A stretch of DNA of 64,000 nucleotides from positions 6,724,522-6,788,521 of the forward strand of contig MU058781.1 in the NCBI GenBank assembly GCA_013265495.1. The letters are read 5' to 3'. A program made the translations under genes and the position numbers. This document shows positions 51,099 through 63,649 of the stretch, piece by piece (the stretch's first letter is position 1; each line of letters opens with the position of its first letter). This DNA is from Vicugna vicugna (Eukaryota). The notes under the pieces are model-generated. The model did no database searches. It saw nothing but the letters and a program-made list of their open reading frames with translations, and had not been told where the DNA came from.

Positions 51099-51927
51099 TA
51101 AATTGAAGTACAGGCTTGAAGCAGCCACAAAAGGTTAAGCTTTTCCCACAAAGGCTGAGACACAGGAGAGAAGCAAGCATCAAGCCACAAAAGAGGCCAA
51201 AAAGGAGAAGAGCACACCTGTGAAGGCATCTGGTGACGGAGGCCAGACAAACAGAAGACACCAGCTACAGGGATGGGTAGGGCCAGGAAGAGGCAGGAGC
51301 CAGAAGGGAGAGACAGGCATAGCCGCTGTACCTCGGCCCTGCCCTAGGGGAACAGCTGATCTGGTGCGGGGGCTGCATGAATGTTTACCTGAGTCTGGAG
51401 GTCATCCACGGGTACCTTGAGACAGCTCAGCCACAGAGAGCTCAAGACTGTTACATCTACTCTGACCTGACAAATTCCCTGTGGTCCTCTCCCCTCCCTC
51501 TGTCTGGAGCCTCCACTGTTGCAGGTATAAACAGCCAATCTACCCCTTTCAATTTAATAAGAATCTTGCTCATGCTTGATTCAAATCTGATTTCTCCAAT
51601 TAGTTCTGACTTATTAATGGCAATGCAATGAGTAAGATCACGTTTACGTTATCAGCCACCGCTGGAGTACCTTCCATATATGTATTTGAGTCAGTTATTA
51701 AGACTGCAGGTCCACCTGACCTCTCTCCTACTATAAACTTAAAGTTCACAAGGACAAACATTTATCCCATATAGTAAAATTATATGACTGGTGGCTGTAG
51801 ACATCAAAGGGTTTCGCTTCCCTTTCAACACTGTGACCAATAAAAGTGAGGTCTAGAGAGGCAGTAAGAGTGGCATGTGGAATAATGTGGGAAGGAAAAG
51901 TTTTATGATACGAACAATGTATTACCA

Positions 51928-52095
51928 ATGACTGCAAAAGGGCCCAAGAGAACTATCTGGGTGATGGAAATGTCTGCATCTTAATGGTGGTGTTTACACA
52001 GATGTATGTAGCTATTAAAACGCAAGGAAGTGTACACTTTAAATGGGTGCATTTTATTGCAGGTAAATTAATACCTCAATAAAGTTGATTGTAAA
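51928..52095 (+). mobile_element. L1ME-like 3' end
   Basis: tgactgcaaaagggcccaagagaactatctgggtgatggaaatgt...gtacactttaaatgggtgcattttattgcaggtaaattaatacctcaataaagttgatt. Confidence 0.8.
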
Positions 52096-53959
52096 GAATA
52101 TTATCCAGGAACTAATCATTCAGTTTAGAGTAAAACAGCTCCATTAACTCTCCTCCTTCTCTTTTAGCTGCTCATATTGTAGCCACCTCACTAATTCTCA
52201 TCCAACATAGTTGAGAAATGGTAGACAAAATGCAAATATATGCAAATAAGTCAACTTTCCTACTTTTTTGAAGCTATGAGCATTCACTGGCCTGAAAGAG
52301 TGGTGTAACAAGTCTTGTCCGTGGTTCTCAAAAGTTGACATCAGGAAACTGTACCTGTTTCCCTATTGCCCTCAAATGTAGAAAAAGCAAAGAGCAATGA
52401 GTAAGTTCTGAACCTCATCATTAGATAAAGTGCAAGTAAACCAAATTCATTACAACAGCAGAAAATGTCACTGTTACATGGAGGAGGAAAATGCAAGTGG
52501 AAAGTTGTCAAACTGAGCATACACTGTAGCTGCTTTCTTGAAGAGAAACCCAGAAGTTTAAGATTTGTTGTTTTGTTTTGTTTTGTTTTGTAATAACATA
52601 TACTGGACAAAAATGATACTAACCCGGCAAATTTTTCATGGGCTTAGGTGATTGCCATCTGTAGATACTCAAAGTTGGCTTGATTTTATCCCATATAGAT
52701 GTTTTGATAATTCTGAAATGTATATATATTAAAAAAAAAAAAAAGGAAACTCAGATGTCCCAACTGAAAAGGTTAGATTAATTTTCTCTAATAGTTGTTA
52801 ATTTTGGTCATGTTTAATTTCTAGATGATGTTTGTCTACAAATTTAATTAGGTGGCAAAGAAATATTTCCACCAAGGCTAGACATACAAACATTTAAAAC
52901 ATGACTATCTGAGAATAGTATTCAAGTATTAAAAATCATCGGTGGGAAAGCATAACGGTTTTGTTCTATTTGATTCAAATCTGCCAAAGACCGTTTCATT
53001 GACCAATATTTCAGCTATTATTGAGAGAAACTCCATTTGGACACAGAAACCGGTTGCCTGGGCCTTACAAAATTTCACATGGCTTTTACTGAGTCAAAAG
53101 TCCCATTCTTTTTTTAGAAGCAGGAAGGGGAAAAAAATTATTACAAGTGACTCAAAACAAAGTAATTTAACTATGCTTCATTAGTGTGACATTTTCAGAG
53201 CGCAGCCACTGACGACATCTGTGAAGCTAAATCTTGTTACTTATTCAGTAGCTTTATTATCAGGGTTGATATCGACCTTGTGGTTTCATTTTAAATCTAT
53301 ATTTGTGCTGATAAATAACACATTACCTTATGCATAATTTTAGATTAAGGAATAATCACAAGCTCTTCAAATTAGGAAGTATAACACTGGAGCTAAAAAC
53401 TTTCAATAGGTAAGTGGTATGATAAAGGTAAGGTTAAAATTAAAATTATCAATGTCAGCTTACAAAAATAATCTGTATGTATGTGTGTATTTTTGATTCC
53501 ATCTCTAAAGTGACCTAACATAGCAACTTTAATACTTATGAGAAATGACCTGGTGCACCCACTGGAATTTGTCTCTAATGTTCTTTTCCACTAAATTTTT
53601 TTATAGCTTGACAGAGTAAGTATTTAAGATTCTGGAACATATTTTTGCCCATGAGCAAGTACACTTTCAGAAGTCTGAGGAGTAGCTGAAAGAACACAAT
53701 TCAGAAGATTCTTAAATTCAAATTGTCAAGATGTGACAATTTGAGCATTTACCAAAAAAAGGAGGGTTTGAATAAAAACTGGATCTAATCCAAATACGGT
53801 ACAATGTTTGATTGTTTCAACACAGATCGAGCACAGACTTGACTGCACCTCCCGTCAAAGAACTTTGAGAAATTATTTAAAAGTGCTTTTGTTCTTATCA
53901 TCATTATTCCTCATACTATTTCAGCATCATCCCTCTGTCTTACGGTTCTTCCTACTGCA

Positions 53960-54165
53960 TTAATAACAACGCACTAGTAAAAACGGCTAAAACTTATTAC
54001 TTACCATGTGCTAGGAATTACTGCAAGTGCTTTACCTCTTTTAAACAGAGTTGGAAATTAAGGCTCGGAAGGGTTAAGCAGCTTGCTCAAGATCACTCAG
54101 GTAGTAAGTACAGGTGTTGAGATTTACCCCCAGGGAGCCAGGACTCCAGAGCCAGCGCTGCTAAT
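53960..54165 (-). mobile_element. MIR (antisense)
   Basis: cttaccatgtgctagg...aagtgctttac...ggaaattaaggctcggaagggttaagcagcttgctcaagatcactcaggtagtaagt...gactccagagcc. Confidence 0.8.
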
Positions 54166-55179
54166 GCTGCTTGTCAACGAGGGAGGGGAAATTCTAAATA
54201 ATCTGCAGGTCACACTCGGTTAAGTAGACATTCTATTCCCTTTAGGGACGAGCACTTTTTGGGGGGAAAAGTAGTCTGAGGAGGGGGAAACTTTGATGAA
54301 GAGATGTCTTAAAGGTAAAGCAACACACACACAAAAGTGTCAATGAGAACTAGGACTCGGGCCAACGCTTAGCTGCACTTGGTATTTCTAAATTTCTAGA
54401 CAGTGTTACAGCCTAGAGGCAGGATGCAACTGCTGTGTTTTCATAACCTTATGAAATAAGTGCTCCACTCAGCATTATAAAATACCACGCACGGAAAGAG
54501 GCAAACGCATCAAAAAATCAACAGGATGATGAGTAAATTTTATTTTGCATCTCTCTAATATCCTATATTATCTAAGTTGTTTAATAGTCCGTGTGCACCA
54601 TTTTTATCATTAGAGAAAGATTATATTAAAGTTATTTGAGATTTCAAAAAGAGAAGGAAGAATATATGCCTCTTTTCCGCTGCATTTGGAAGCCCTCAGC
54701 TATGCAGAAGTTAGCTGTGAGCTCCTAAAAAGTCAGCCCCACAGACACCTGGGTTAAAAAAATAATAATAAAAGTAGAATTGTTTTGTTTGTTACTCTGT
54801 CATTTTAAAAGTGCTGTGAAGAAGGAAAGACAGCAGGAGCCCACCTCACATTCAACTGCTCAGGGACTGGAAAGCTAAACCTGCCTCAGGCAGAGAAAAC
54901 TATTCGATTTCCAAAGCCTTGCTGGAAGCCCGCAGGTTCCAGCAACCTGGATGCCTGGTTACGTCCAGAGTCGAGGGACACCTCAGCATACAGACTGCTG
55001 CTGGCAACAACTCCCAATAAGCTGCCCTGCCTCTCAGTCCTGCCTGCCAATGAGCCTTCTGCCTTTCTGCTCTGATCTATCAACCACCAAAGCTCAGCCA
55101 TGGGACTATTCCTAGTGAATGTTTGGGAATCATTACGAGATGTATCAAAAGTAACTTGTTGATAGAGTGCTTGCCAAAT

Positions 55180-56430
55180 AAAGTCTGAGTGGCTGATTTA
55201 ATCAAGTCTGTACAGTCTCAATAAAGACAGCAATGTCTGCAATGGCTTAAAAATAGAAGTAAAAGCAGACTCAAAGCTTCCTTGTAGACCGCCACTCTCA
55301 CATGACTCCCAACCCAACATGCATTCTTGGACAAGATGCTACAAACTGCCCACCACCCTCAAGGAACCCCTGGGGGAGCGACAATCTCAGGAGCATCATT
55401 CGATATGTGTGCTTCAGAGTTAAAACAACTACTAAAACACTGTCTCAAGGACGAGCAGAAGATGCACAATCAACCCAGGATACTGCCTAGGAACCAAAGG
55501 ATGAGAAGTGCCCTCACCCACCAAGAGAAGGAAAAGTAGGTGGGCCAGCAGCCCCCGCCACTCAGGGAACTGACCCAGGTCAACAGGCACTGGACTCCAG
55601 GCGAAGCTGGAGGAAGGAGCACGGGCAAGCCCCCAGTATCTTCCTTCCCTCTCGGTCAGACTGTCCCTCCATCCCTTGACCCACCCAAGTCTGGGACCAC
55701 ACAACCTCTGGGGCAGGCAACAGCTCTAGTACTACAGGAAGTGATATATATGCACCCTCATGGCTCCACTAAGGACAGGATTCTCTCCCGCTAGTCACCT
55801 GGACAGAACTTGCTGCTGAGGCTCCGAACAGGCTGTGCAGCAGACATTAACCACGGGCACTTTGTCAAAGTCCTTGGCTGGATCGACCTATGCTTACGCA
55901 AGTGGTGCTGTCAGCTATGGCCTCGGGGTGTCAGCCCCAGGCAGTGGAGTCAAAGTCAGTAAGCGTCAAGGGCCACACTTGTACTGGTGTTATCCAAAAA
56001 AGTTGTGTGCAAAAGCACAGAGCCTGTTTCTACGTAATAATCAAATGCAAACTTGAAAGGTCTCACGGGGCCCGGACTAGAGGTGGCAGAACCACAAGGG
56101 ACATGACAGAACAGCCCGAGAATCAAACACAAACACTCCAGACAGAGACCCCCATACCAGGCACAGCTCTTCTTGTAAAACGCGTATCTGGATCTTTCAT
56201 GGTACCCGACCACCGACATCTAGAAGGTACCTACCGGGTACAAGGCAGGAGCCAGCTGTTGTGGGAAAGGAACAGGGAAGACACAGAAGACCTTATTGAA
56301 GGTCTTCTTATTGAAGACCAGGGTTCTGCCCCACGTTTAGATCTAAAAGGGGCAGTAAGACATTTGCAATGGACCTGGTTATTACCTTCCACTCACATAT
56401 CTGGAAACCTTTACCCAGCACTCCATGACA
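55180..56430 (+). mobile_element. Fossil hAT (Charlie-type) transposase coding region, frameshifted
   Basis: Colinear degraded motifs across several frames: NTVSR/RAED (55436-55463), QEVIYMHPHGST..ILSR (55735-55791), SAMASG, VIQ/KLCAK (about 55986-56014), RSHG, LQTE and SFMVPDHRHL..VQGRSQLL (56193-56261). The order matches Charlie/GTF2IRD2/EPM2AIP1-type transposases as I recall them. Confidence 0.6.
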
Positions 56431-59400
56431 GAACTCACAGAGGTCTAATAACTGTCAGTAACTGAACACAAGGCACTTTGCAAGTACCGTTCTGCTTGTA
56501 AACAAAATCAATTAACAAATAAGCACACACACAGGCTAGCAAATGTTCGCAGTAAGCTGTGCCTCAAACCTGCAAAACACTCTAGAAACTAGCGGAGAAG
56601 GACCAGAAGCCTGGAATAGCCCTTCACAGACCTGCGGTTCCTGAGTCATGTGGCAAGAGCCCGGGGCAGCCTCCTTGGAGTGTGCCTAGCCAGCTGTCCC
56701 GCCCTCCCAAGGGGGTCAGCTGACCTGTGGGGCGGAGGTGGCAAGTGGATGGTGAACTTGACTACGGTACCCGCAGGATTCCTATACGTGCTCTCTGTCC
56801 TCTTCACCGGCCATAGAGCTTCCCAACTGCCAACAGTGACAAAGAAGATGGGAGAGTTTACTAAAATATAAAGTGCGAAGCTGTCTCTCAAAAGTCCAGT
56901 CCAATGCTAAGGCTGCAGCCTGCTCCAGATGAGAAACAAGTGCTTCAAGTTTGGAAGAGGACATACCCCGAAGATCATTCGCTAAGCTATATAAAGCAGC
57001 GCGGAGCCCTGTTAGCATCTGCCTGCTGCCCTGGTCAGAGGATGTGAGACATCAGGCAGTTTCCATCTGAGTGGCCTCCACACAGCAGCCCCAAGAGCAG
57101 GTGGCGCCAGACGGGCCAGGGCTTCTGCCCCCGCTAACAATTTTCACACAGGGATATTCAGTCAGGGCTCCAGCATCAGGTGGCTGCGTGTGCTGATGTA
57201 ATACCCTGCTGTAAAATCAGGAGTCTTTATTAAAGGGCCACGTTCTGCAAGTGAGAAGCCACAAGCAACTGAAGAGCTTTCATGAAAGGCAGCTTTTCAG
57301 AAAACCATGAACGTGAGTGGTATTATTTTTTCCCAATGTATACACCCCGAAATGCACATCAGTTCCTGAACTACAGCTTCTCTCAACTCCACCTCACTCA
57401 GTAAAGGGGAGCCCACTCTGCCTTGACGACCCAGAACAGCTCAGGGGCGAGCAGTGCAGAGGGAGGCCTCGGGCACAGGACCGCAGGGCTCTGGCCAGCA
57501 AGCATCCTGCATCACAGACACTACAAAAAGTAACAGTGCTCTGCATCTACCTCATTCCACCCAGAGGCCTGATGACATAAAGGCAGAGATGGCAGAAAGA
57601 GGTAGCTTTGGTTTGGTTAAGTTTCTACATGTTCAGTTTCTAACAAGAGTTTTCAGTTTCCCCATAAATACATTCCTCCTACTCATCCAACTCAAAAGCA
57701 GATCATTAACCAACCTGCTTGCATGTTCACAGCAGCCCATGCAGGCAAACACGTGTGAACAAGCTGCCTTCTGCAACACTTCTTTCTGTCTTCATCTAGG
57801 GCCACAGGTTTTGGCCACATGGATGGAGGAAGGGCACCAGAATGATCAGGGGAGTGGATTCCAGGCTTTTAAATGGCTATAGCTTATTTCTGCTCACCAG
57901 GGCTTATCAGTGACGTTCCTAGAAAGAATTCACTAAATAAAAGGCACAGAGAGGAGTCCCCTGTCACTAACGCCCAGAGCCAGGGTATCCAGGATCCAGA
58001 CATTTAAGTCAAAGACGGCATGAAAACTGATCAAGAACAAATAAACGCCTGGTAACTGAAGCAGGCAAATTGCTATGAGCATGTAACTGACCTGAAATCT
58101 ATTCACTTTCATATTGTCATTAGATTGCCTCTCTCGGAATTCTGAAATTAAAATGTTCCTCAGCATTCAGAGTCCTATCTGGAATGAAACTTTCCAACAG
58201 GATATAATACATGCCAATTAACAGCTGTTCAGTCTCGAAGGCTGCCTATCATGTCAAAGGCTTTATCTTTTCAATTTAAAATGGAAGATATCTAACACAT
58301 ACCTCAGACACTTTAAAACATTCCAGCTACGGAATGGGGTGCACACATGGAGCCTGACCTTGTCTCCCCCACCTTGGCCTAATGCTGACTCCAGATCACC
58401 AAAGCGGCTTTGGGGAGGGCCTGGAAAGCCAGGGCCCAGGCTGACTCAATTCCTTTAATCCCCCTCCCTCCCCACCGTCCCATCATGCTCTTTGCTTCCA
58501 GGCGTGGGACAAGGGGGAGCAGCATGAACTCTGAGAGCCTGGGCGACCTCAGGGAGCACAGCTGAGAGCAGGGTGCGGCCAATGGGAGAAACACGCCTGT
58601 ATGTTCGCCCCCACCCCGTGCAAAGCCACAGGCCGGGAATGTTGGCTGAAACGTTCCACGTGCAGAGGGAAAAAGGAGAAAAGCAAAACACACATGATGC
58701 TCGTTTGTGTAAATGTACAACGTATTTAGCGCATGAAAACTTCCCATTATCTTCCTCTTTAGTTTCTGTGTATTTCGGAACACAAGGAATTGGATAACCT
58801 GACCAAAACTTCTCAGGGTGTACATCTCTCCCTTACTTAAAAAAAAACAAAAAACCCACAAATATGTATGCATTTAGGTTTGCAAGTCTGTATTTCTTTT
58901 TAAATGACTTTTAAGAAAATGACTAGTAAGTTCAAAAGAACTCGAATGTTTCTATGAAGCAGCCTAAACACATTTTCTGAATTTTAGTGTCAGTGAAAGA
59001 CCACCAAAAACCAACAGATTACCAATAAGCTGATACCCAAATAAGAGAGGTCAGGATAAAATACATTCCCTTAAGGGGTGCCAGAGAACTAGATATATAA
59101 GTAAAACTATTCCTCTATTTTGAATTTTAAATAGAGAAGCCCTCAGTCCATGTCTCCAGTGTGGTAAACCCTGGAACAGGAGTCACCAGCCTGGGGATTG
59201 GGATAATAAAATCAGTTTCCTCAGGAAGGGAGGAAAAAAAAAAGCATAGAAACCCAGTGTTACTCAACACAATGTTTCAGTAGCTTCAGATGCTCACTGC
59301 CTCAGAAGATGGAATGACTAGGGAGTGCCGAGCATCCACAAATCCCCTATGCGAACTAAAGCCCGGTTCTTATATAGTAACCATATATCCAATTAGTAAA

Positions 59401-60120
59401 CAATAGAGTACCACAGACACTTAGTGAGACGTACTGCGTCTAAGGTAACAAAGGACCAGCACCCCCTCCCTGGAACCCAGAACTGAAGTTCCCCGACTGG
59501 GGCTAAAGTCCCATCCCTACAGCCCAGAGCAGGTCTCCAAACAGGCTCTCTTGTTATTCAGTTTGGCAATGGGTGAACCTCCAGGGCAGGCAATTTGCAC
59601 TGAGGTTCCCCGCTTCAGATCTTATTCCAGGACTCTGGTGCACCCTCCCATCGCCAGCCCCCCATCCTTCCCAAACACACTTTTAAAAACAAGCCAAAAT
59701 TTTGTCAAGAACATCTCACTGCTCAATGTATTCTTCACCCAAATGAGTGACAGCCAAATGACCAGACTGGGGAACACCTGTTACAGAAGGAATTTCCCAT
59801 TCAACAAAATTCACCACATCTATCTCCACAGAGCAGGTCTGTAGCTGAGACGTGGCAAATGCCCAACTTAACGTAGCAAAGGTGGTCTTTCAAACACATA
59901 CTGCATGAAGTGTCCACATTTAAATAAAAAATAATCAGAAAATCCGTAACAACTAAAAGCAAGAATTCTGAGAGTTCCTTTTTCAGTTGCTCTTTTTAGG
60001 TGTTTAAAAAAAAATTTCATTTATAAAACTGGGAATGAGAAAGCCTAGGTCAACGAGCTTTAAGTGTCCCCCATTAAACTGCCAATGCTTTATGTATGCT
60101 CTGTGCAGGAACCCTGCTGA

Positions 60121-60745
60121 TGTAAGCAGGTAGGGTAGGGGGTCCCCAGAGAAAGAGAATCAGGCATGGCTTCTTTGACAGAAGAGAAGCCATTTTTGGC
60201 CTAAGCCATTTTGAGATCAAAGCCTAGCCACAATGCTTCCCCTTGAACAGGTCTTGGTAACTACTGGTCTTAAGGGAAGTGAGGGAATGCTGGCACAAAG
60301 GAAAAGCAGTCAAAAACATAGTGCAGCCATAATACAGAGTCCTAGCTCCTCCTCAAGGGATGTAAATAACAATCTGATACATATCTTTGAGTTCTGCAGG
60401 AACTAAAGCCCTTGTCCATGTGGAGGAGGGAATAATGAAGCTGACTTCTGACTTTCATCAACTAAAGTTTGGACTCTGTTGACCTGCGCCCCAATTTTAT
60501 GCTGAATTCTCCTCTGCTCAAGCCCCTTCATGAATATGCATACACCACACAAGGCCCTTCACAGGTATACATGTACCCTTAAAACTTCCCCAATTCTGCT
60601 GTTGGGGAGCCACTGCTTTGGGAAAGATCCCCCGTGTTCTCCTTACTTGCTGCAAGTAATAAATCCTTCCTTCTGCTGCTCTCTCCTTGGCTGTGTCTTT
60701 TGGCTCAACACCCACAAAGAGGTGAACCCAGCTTTTCAGGTAACA
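60121..60745 (+). mobile_element. ERV1 solo LTR (MER41-like)
   Basis: TG...CA termini (tgtaagcagg ... ggtaaca), 625 bp. Contains ccactgctttgggaaagatcccccgtgttctccttacttgctgcaagtAATAAA. 4-bp TSD ctga (60117-60120) / ctaa (60746-60749). Confidence 0.8.
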
Positions 60746-60754
60746 CTAATCCTC

Positions 60755-60920
60755 AAAATCCCTGTAAGGTCTTTTATTGTTCTCATTTTACTGATGAGGA
60801 ACTCTGGCACAGAGAGTTAGGGGACCTGCCCGGCATTTCACAGCTTGTACGTTGCAGAGTCAGTTTCAAATATAAGCAGTCTGCCTCCCAAGTTCTCTCA
60901 GTGGCTCTGGACCACACCAT
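60755..60920 (-). mobile_element. MIR (antisense), apparently split by the adjacent LTR
   Basis: aatcctcaaaatccctgtaaggt...ctcattttactgatgaggaactctggcacagagagttagggacctgccc. MIR-like tatgctctgtgcaggaaccctgct lies just upstream of the LTR. Confidence 0.75.
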
Positions 60921-62959
60921 TCAGCAACACTACTTGATAGTGTTTTACAAATTAGTTATTTCCACCCAACCAATAGCCACAGAAACATGCAAAAGGCAAA
61001 TAAAAGATTTCCTCTTCTTGAAAGTAAAAGCTCTGGCCCAAATACAAGGTAATTTACATACTTATGAAAATTTAAACTTTATTTAGGCTAACTTTTAAAT
61101 AGATGGGTAAGGTTATTTCAGTGTATCAAACTACAAAAGCAAAGATGTACCCTGCCATTCAAAAATTCAATCATACACACAGATAAGGAGGATTCTTTGT
61201 TCAATATTTAAAAGAAAAAAATTAGGGGAAATTATTTCCACTGCATAATTCATCACAAAAACGCAGACTAAGCTGTCATCCCAGAGTGGGAATACTATTC
61301 TAACTATCAAAGCCAGCAATACTTCAAGGCTTCAAAACAAAACAAAACAAAACAAACAAAAAACAACTTGGTTATATTACCATGCTAATGTTACCTATTT
61401 GTTACAGTAACTCTAGATCAAAAAAGCAGATGTTTAAAACTGGATAAGTCTGCTCAAATTTAACACCAGTATCTTGATAAGCTTTCCCTACCACACTCCT
61501 CCCTCCTTACTCAAAACATTACCCTTGAAAGGAGTAATTTTAAGGATCTTTCTCAGAGTAATAATGTAACCATCCCCTGTTACAATTTGTACAGTGAATA
61601 CTACACTTTAATTAACTATATAAATAGAAGTCGTTAAGGATCAAGAACAAAAGGCAAAGCAAAACAAAAAACCCTAACAGTCTGTTATTCAATTTTAAAA
61701 AGAGCAGTTACAAGTTCAGCTACACATCCTAACACATTCTCTATTGAGCTGGTGTTACAAATAGGTGGGCACACAAAGCATCAATCTCTAAGGGCTTGTT
61801 TTATTAAACTATAAAATGTAAGTACTCTTAAAGGCTTGTTAATCTGTTCAACAAACTACATGAGGGTTTACTGGACGTGGCCCTTCCAAAACATGGGATA
61901 AATCTACTCAGTACTTGCAACAGAACGCCTGAGCAGTTCGCCATGGTTTGCCCTTTCTGATTTTCCCCGGAGGCTCCCAGCTTGACACTCACGAATAGCT
62001 GTGGTCATTCACGGCGGTAGGGAGTGTCTCTTCAAGACAACACAAAGAGCCGACAGCCAAGGGTAAAGCTTCCCTTTCCTCCAAGCCTTCCTTCCTGTTC
62101 CCTGTCTTTAAAAAGAAAACAAAAACAAAAAAAAAAACCAAGGCTCTGAACTTCTTCCCTCAAGGGAACTGCATGCAGATGCTTTCCTCACGCCTCTTCT
62201 AACAGCAGCAAAGCTCATCACACCTACAGACCAGACTCCGAAGGGCCAGCCGGAATCAATAACTCCACTCTTGTTTCAAAAGAATGGGTAAGAGGACACA
62301 AACCAGAAGGGAAACACACACAGACACACATACCCCCGTCTGTCTCTCTCCAGAGTTCATCTCACAATCAAAGAAAAGAAATACTGGGGATTAGTCACAA
62401 TTTTGGTAGAACGGAACCCTCAGAAACAACGAGCCGCCCAAGGAAGCTTCAGGCTGACAGCTCTGGAAATGTCATTTCTCCACCCCTAAGCACACATACT
62501 CATCACATAAAACAGCTGTTTGCCTACAAGAAGAGCTTAAAAATCACTGGTTCCCCAAAAGAGCACAACTGTACAAGATAAAAACTAATGGAAAGGTCTA
62601 AATCAGAAGACTTACAGTGTCCTGTAGGCACACGTAAAAGCTGCTGTCCTAGCTGAGACAGGGGCTCACAGCACGTCTGCAAGGAGCCCAGGCTCCTCAG
62701 CCAGCGGGTAAGGACTTCGGGTGTCTGGAGCTGGTGGCTGTCTTATTTCACTTGCCGCCTCCAATTCTCCCATCAGCTACTACAGGCAAACAGAGCCTCC
62801 CAAGAGCAGTCACCCTGTCCTCCCGAGTTTTCTGAACACGCTGACAAGAAGTAAATTACAATGCAACCCATGTCAGCCCCTATAAATGTTACCTTCTTAC
62901 TCTATTTGACATGTTAGTTGGGATAAATCTGAATTTTACAGCTTAAAAAAAATCGTACA

Positions 62960-63090
62960 GATTACCTAGTTCAGCCCTCAGTTTGACTGATGAAGAAACT
63001 CGGACGGAAAAGGATTGATGGCTAGCTCAAGGAGACATACCACATCAGTGGCAGAACCAGGCAGCACGCAGACTTCACATCCAGCCATCA
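62960..63090 (-). mobile_element. MIR fragment (antisense)
   Basis: ctagttcagccctcagtttgactgatgaagaaact...gctagctcaaggagacata...cagtggcagaaccagg. Confidence 0.6.
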
Positions 63091-63649
63091 CACCATCCTA
63101 ATCCTCCACAGAAATGGGGTCCCCAGGGCTCTGCAGTAATACAGGAGCTGAGGCTGGGATCACCACATAGGTACAGGACCTGACGCAGGGAGCTGTGGTC
63201 CATGCACCATTAGAAAGCTGAAAAACCTGTGCTTCTCGAGAAGTCAGGTGAAGGAGTCAGGTGAAGGGACAAATACCCTACATGCAGATAACTGAGGTAA
63301 TTTCTTCGCACCCCCTGCTATAATTCTAGTAAAAGTAAGTAAGAGGTATTCTGATTAAATCCACCTGGCTAGAGACCAGGAGGCTTTTTTTTTAAATGGG
63401 AGAGAAGTTATTTAGCATTGTAAGGCTTAACTTTCTTAATAATACATACCCTTAGCACAGGAAGACCCTGTTTAAGTTCCATAAGTTGCCTTAATGAGGT
63501 AAATATTTAGGCTGATTTTATGAGGCTTTCAAGACACTAATTTTGAGAAAGTTAATGGTTATGAGAATTTGCATACATGATCACACTCGAAATAAACCAA
63601 AGGACAAGTTGTGAAACTCGGCTTTAAAACCTGACTTATTGAACTAGGC

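Noticed and set aside
55890..56465. 191-aa ORF as a functional domesticated transposase gene
   Set aside because: Motifs are spread over several frames, the catalytic-region residues are degraded and the start codon is unsupported. Kept only as a fossil.
56782..57018. Helical-looking minus-strand ORF MLTGLRAALYSLANDLRG...
   Set aside because: No recognisable family and no good flanking splice sites; 78 aa is within chance.
60121..60745. Interferon-inducible STAT1 (GAS) enhancer as described for some MER41 LTRs
   Set aside because: I found only TTC-N5-GAA spacings (about 60237 and 60392), not TTCNNNGAA.
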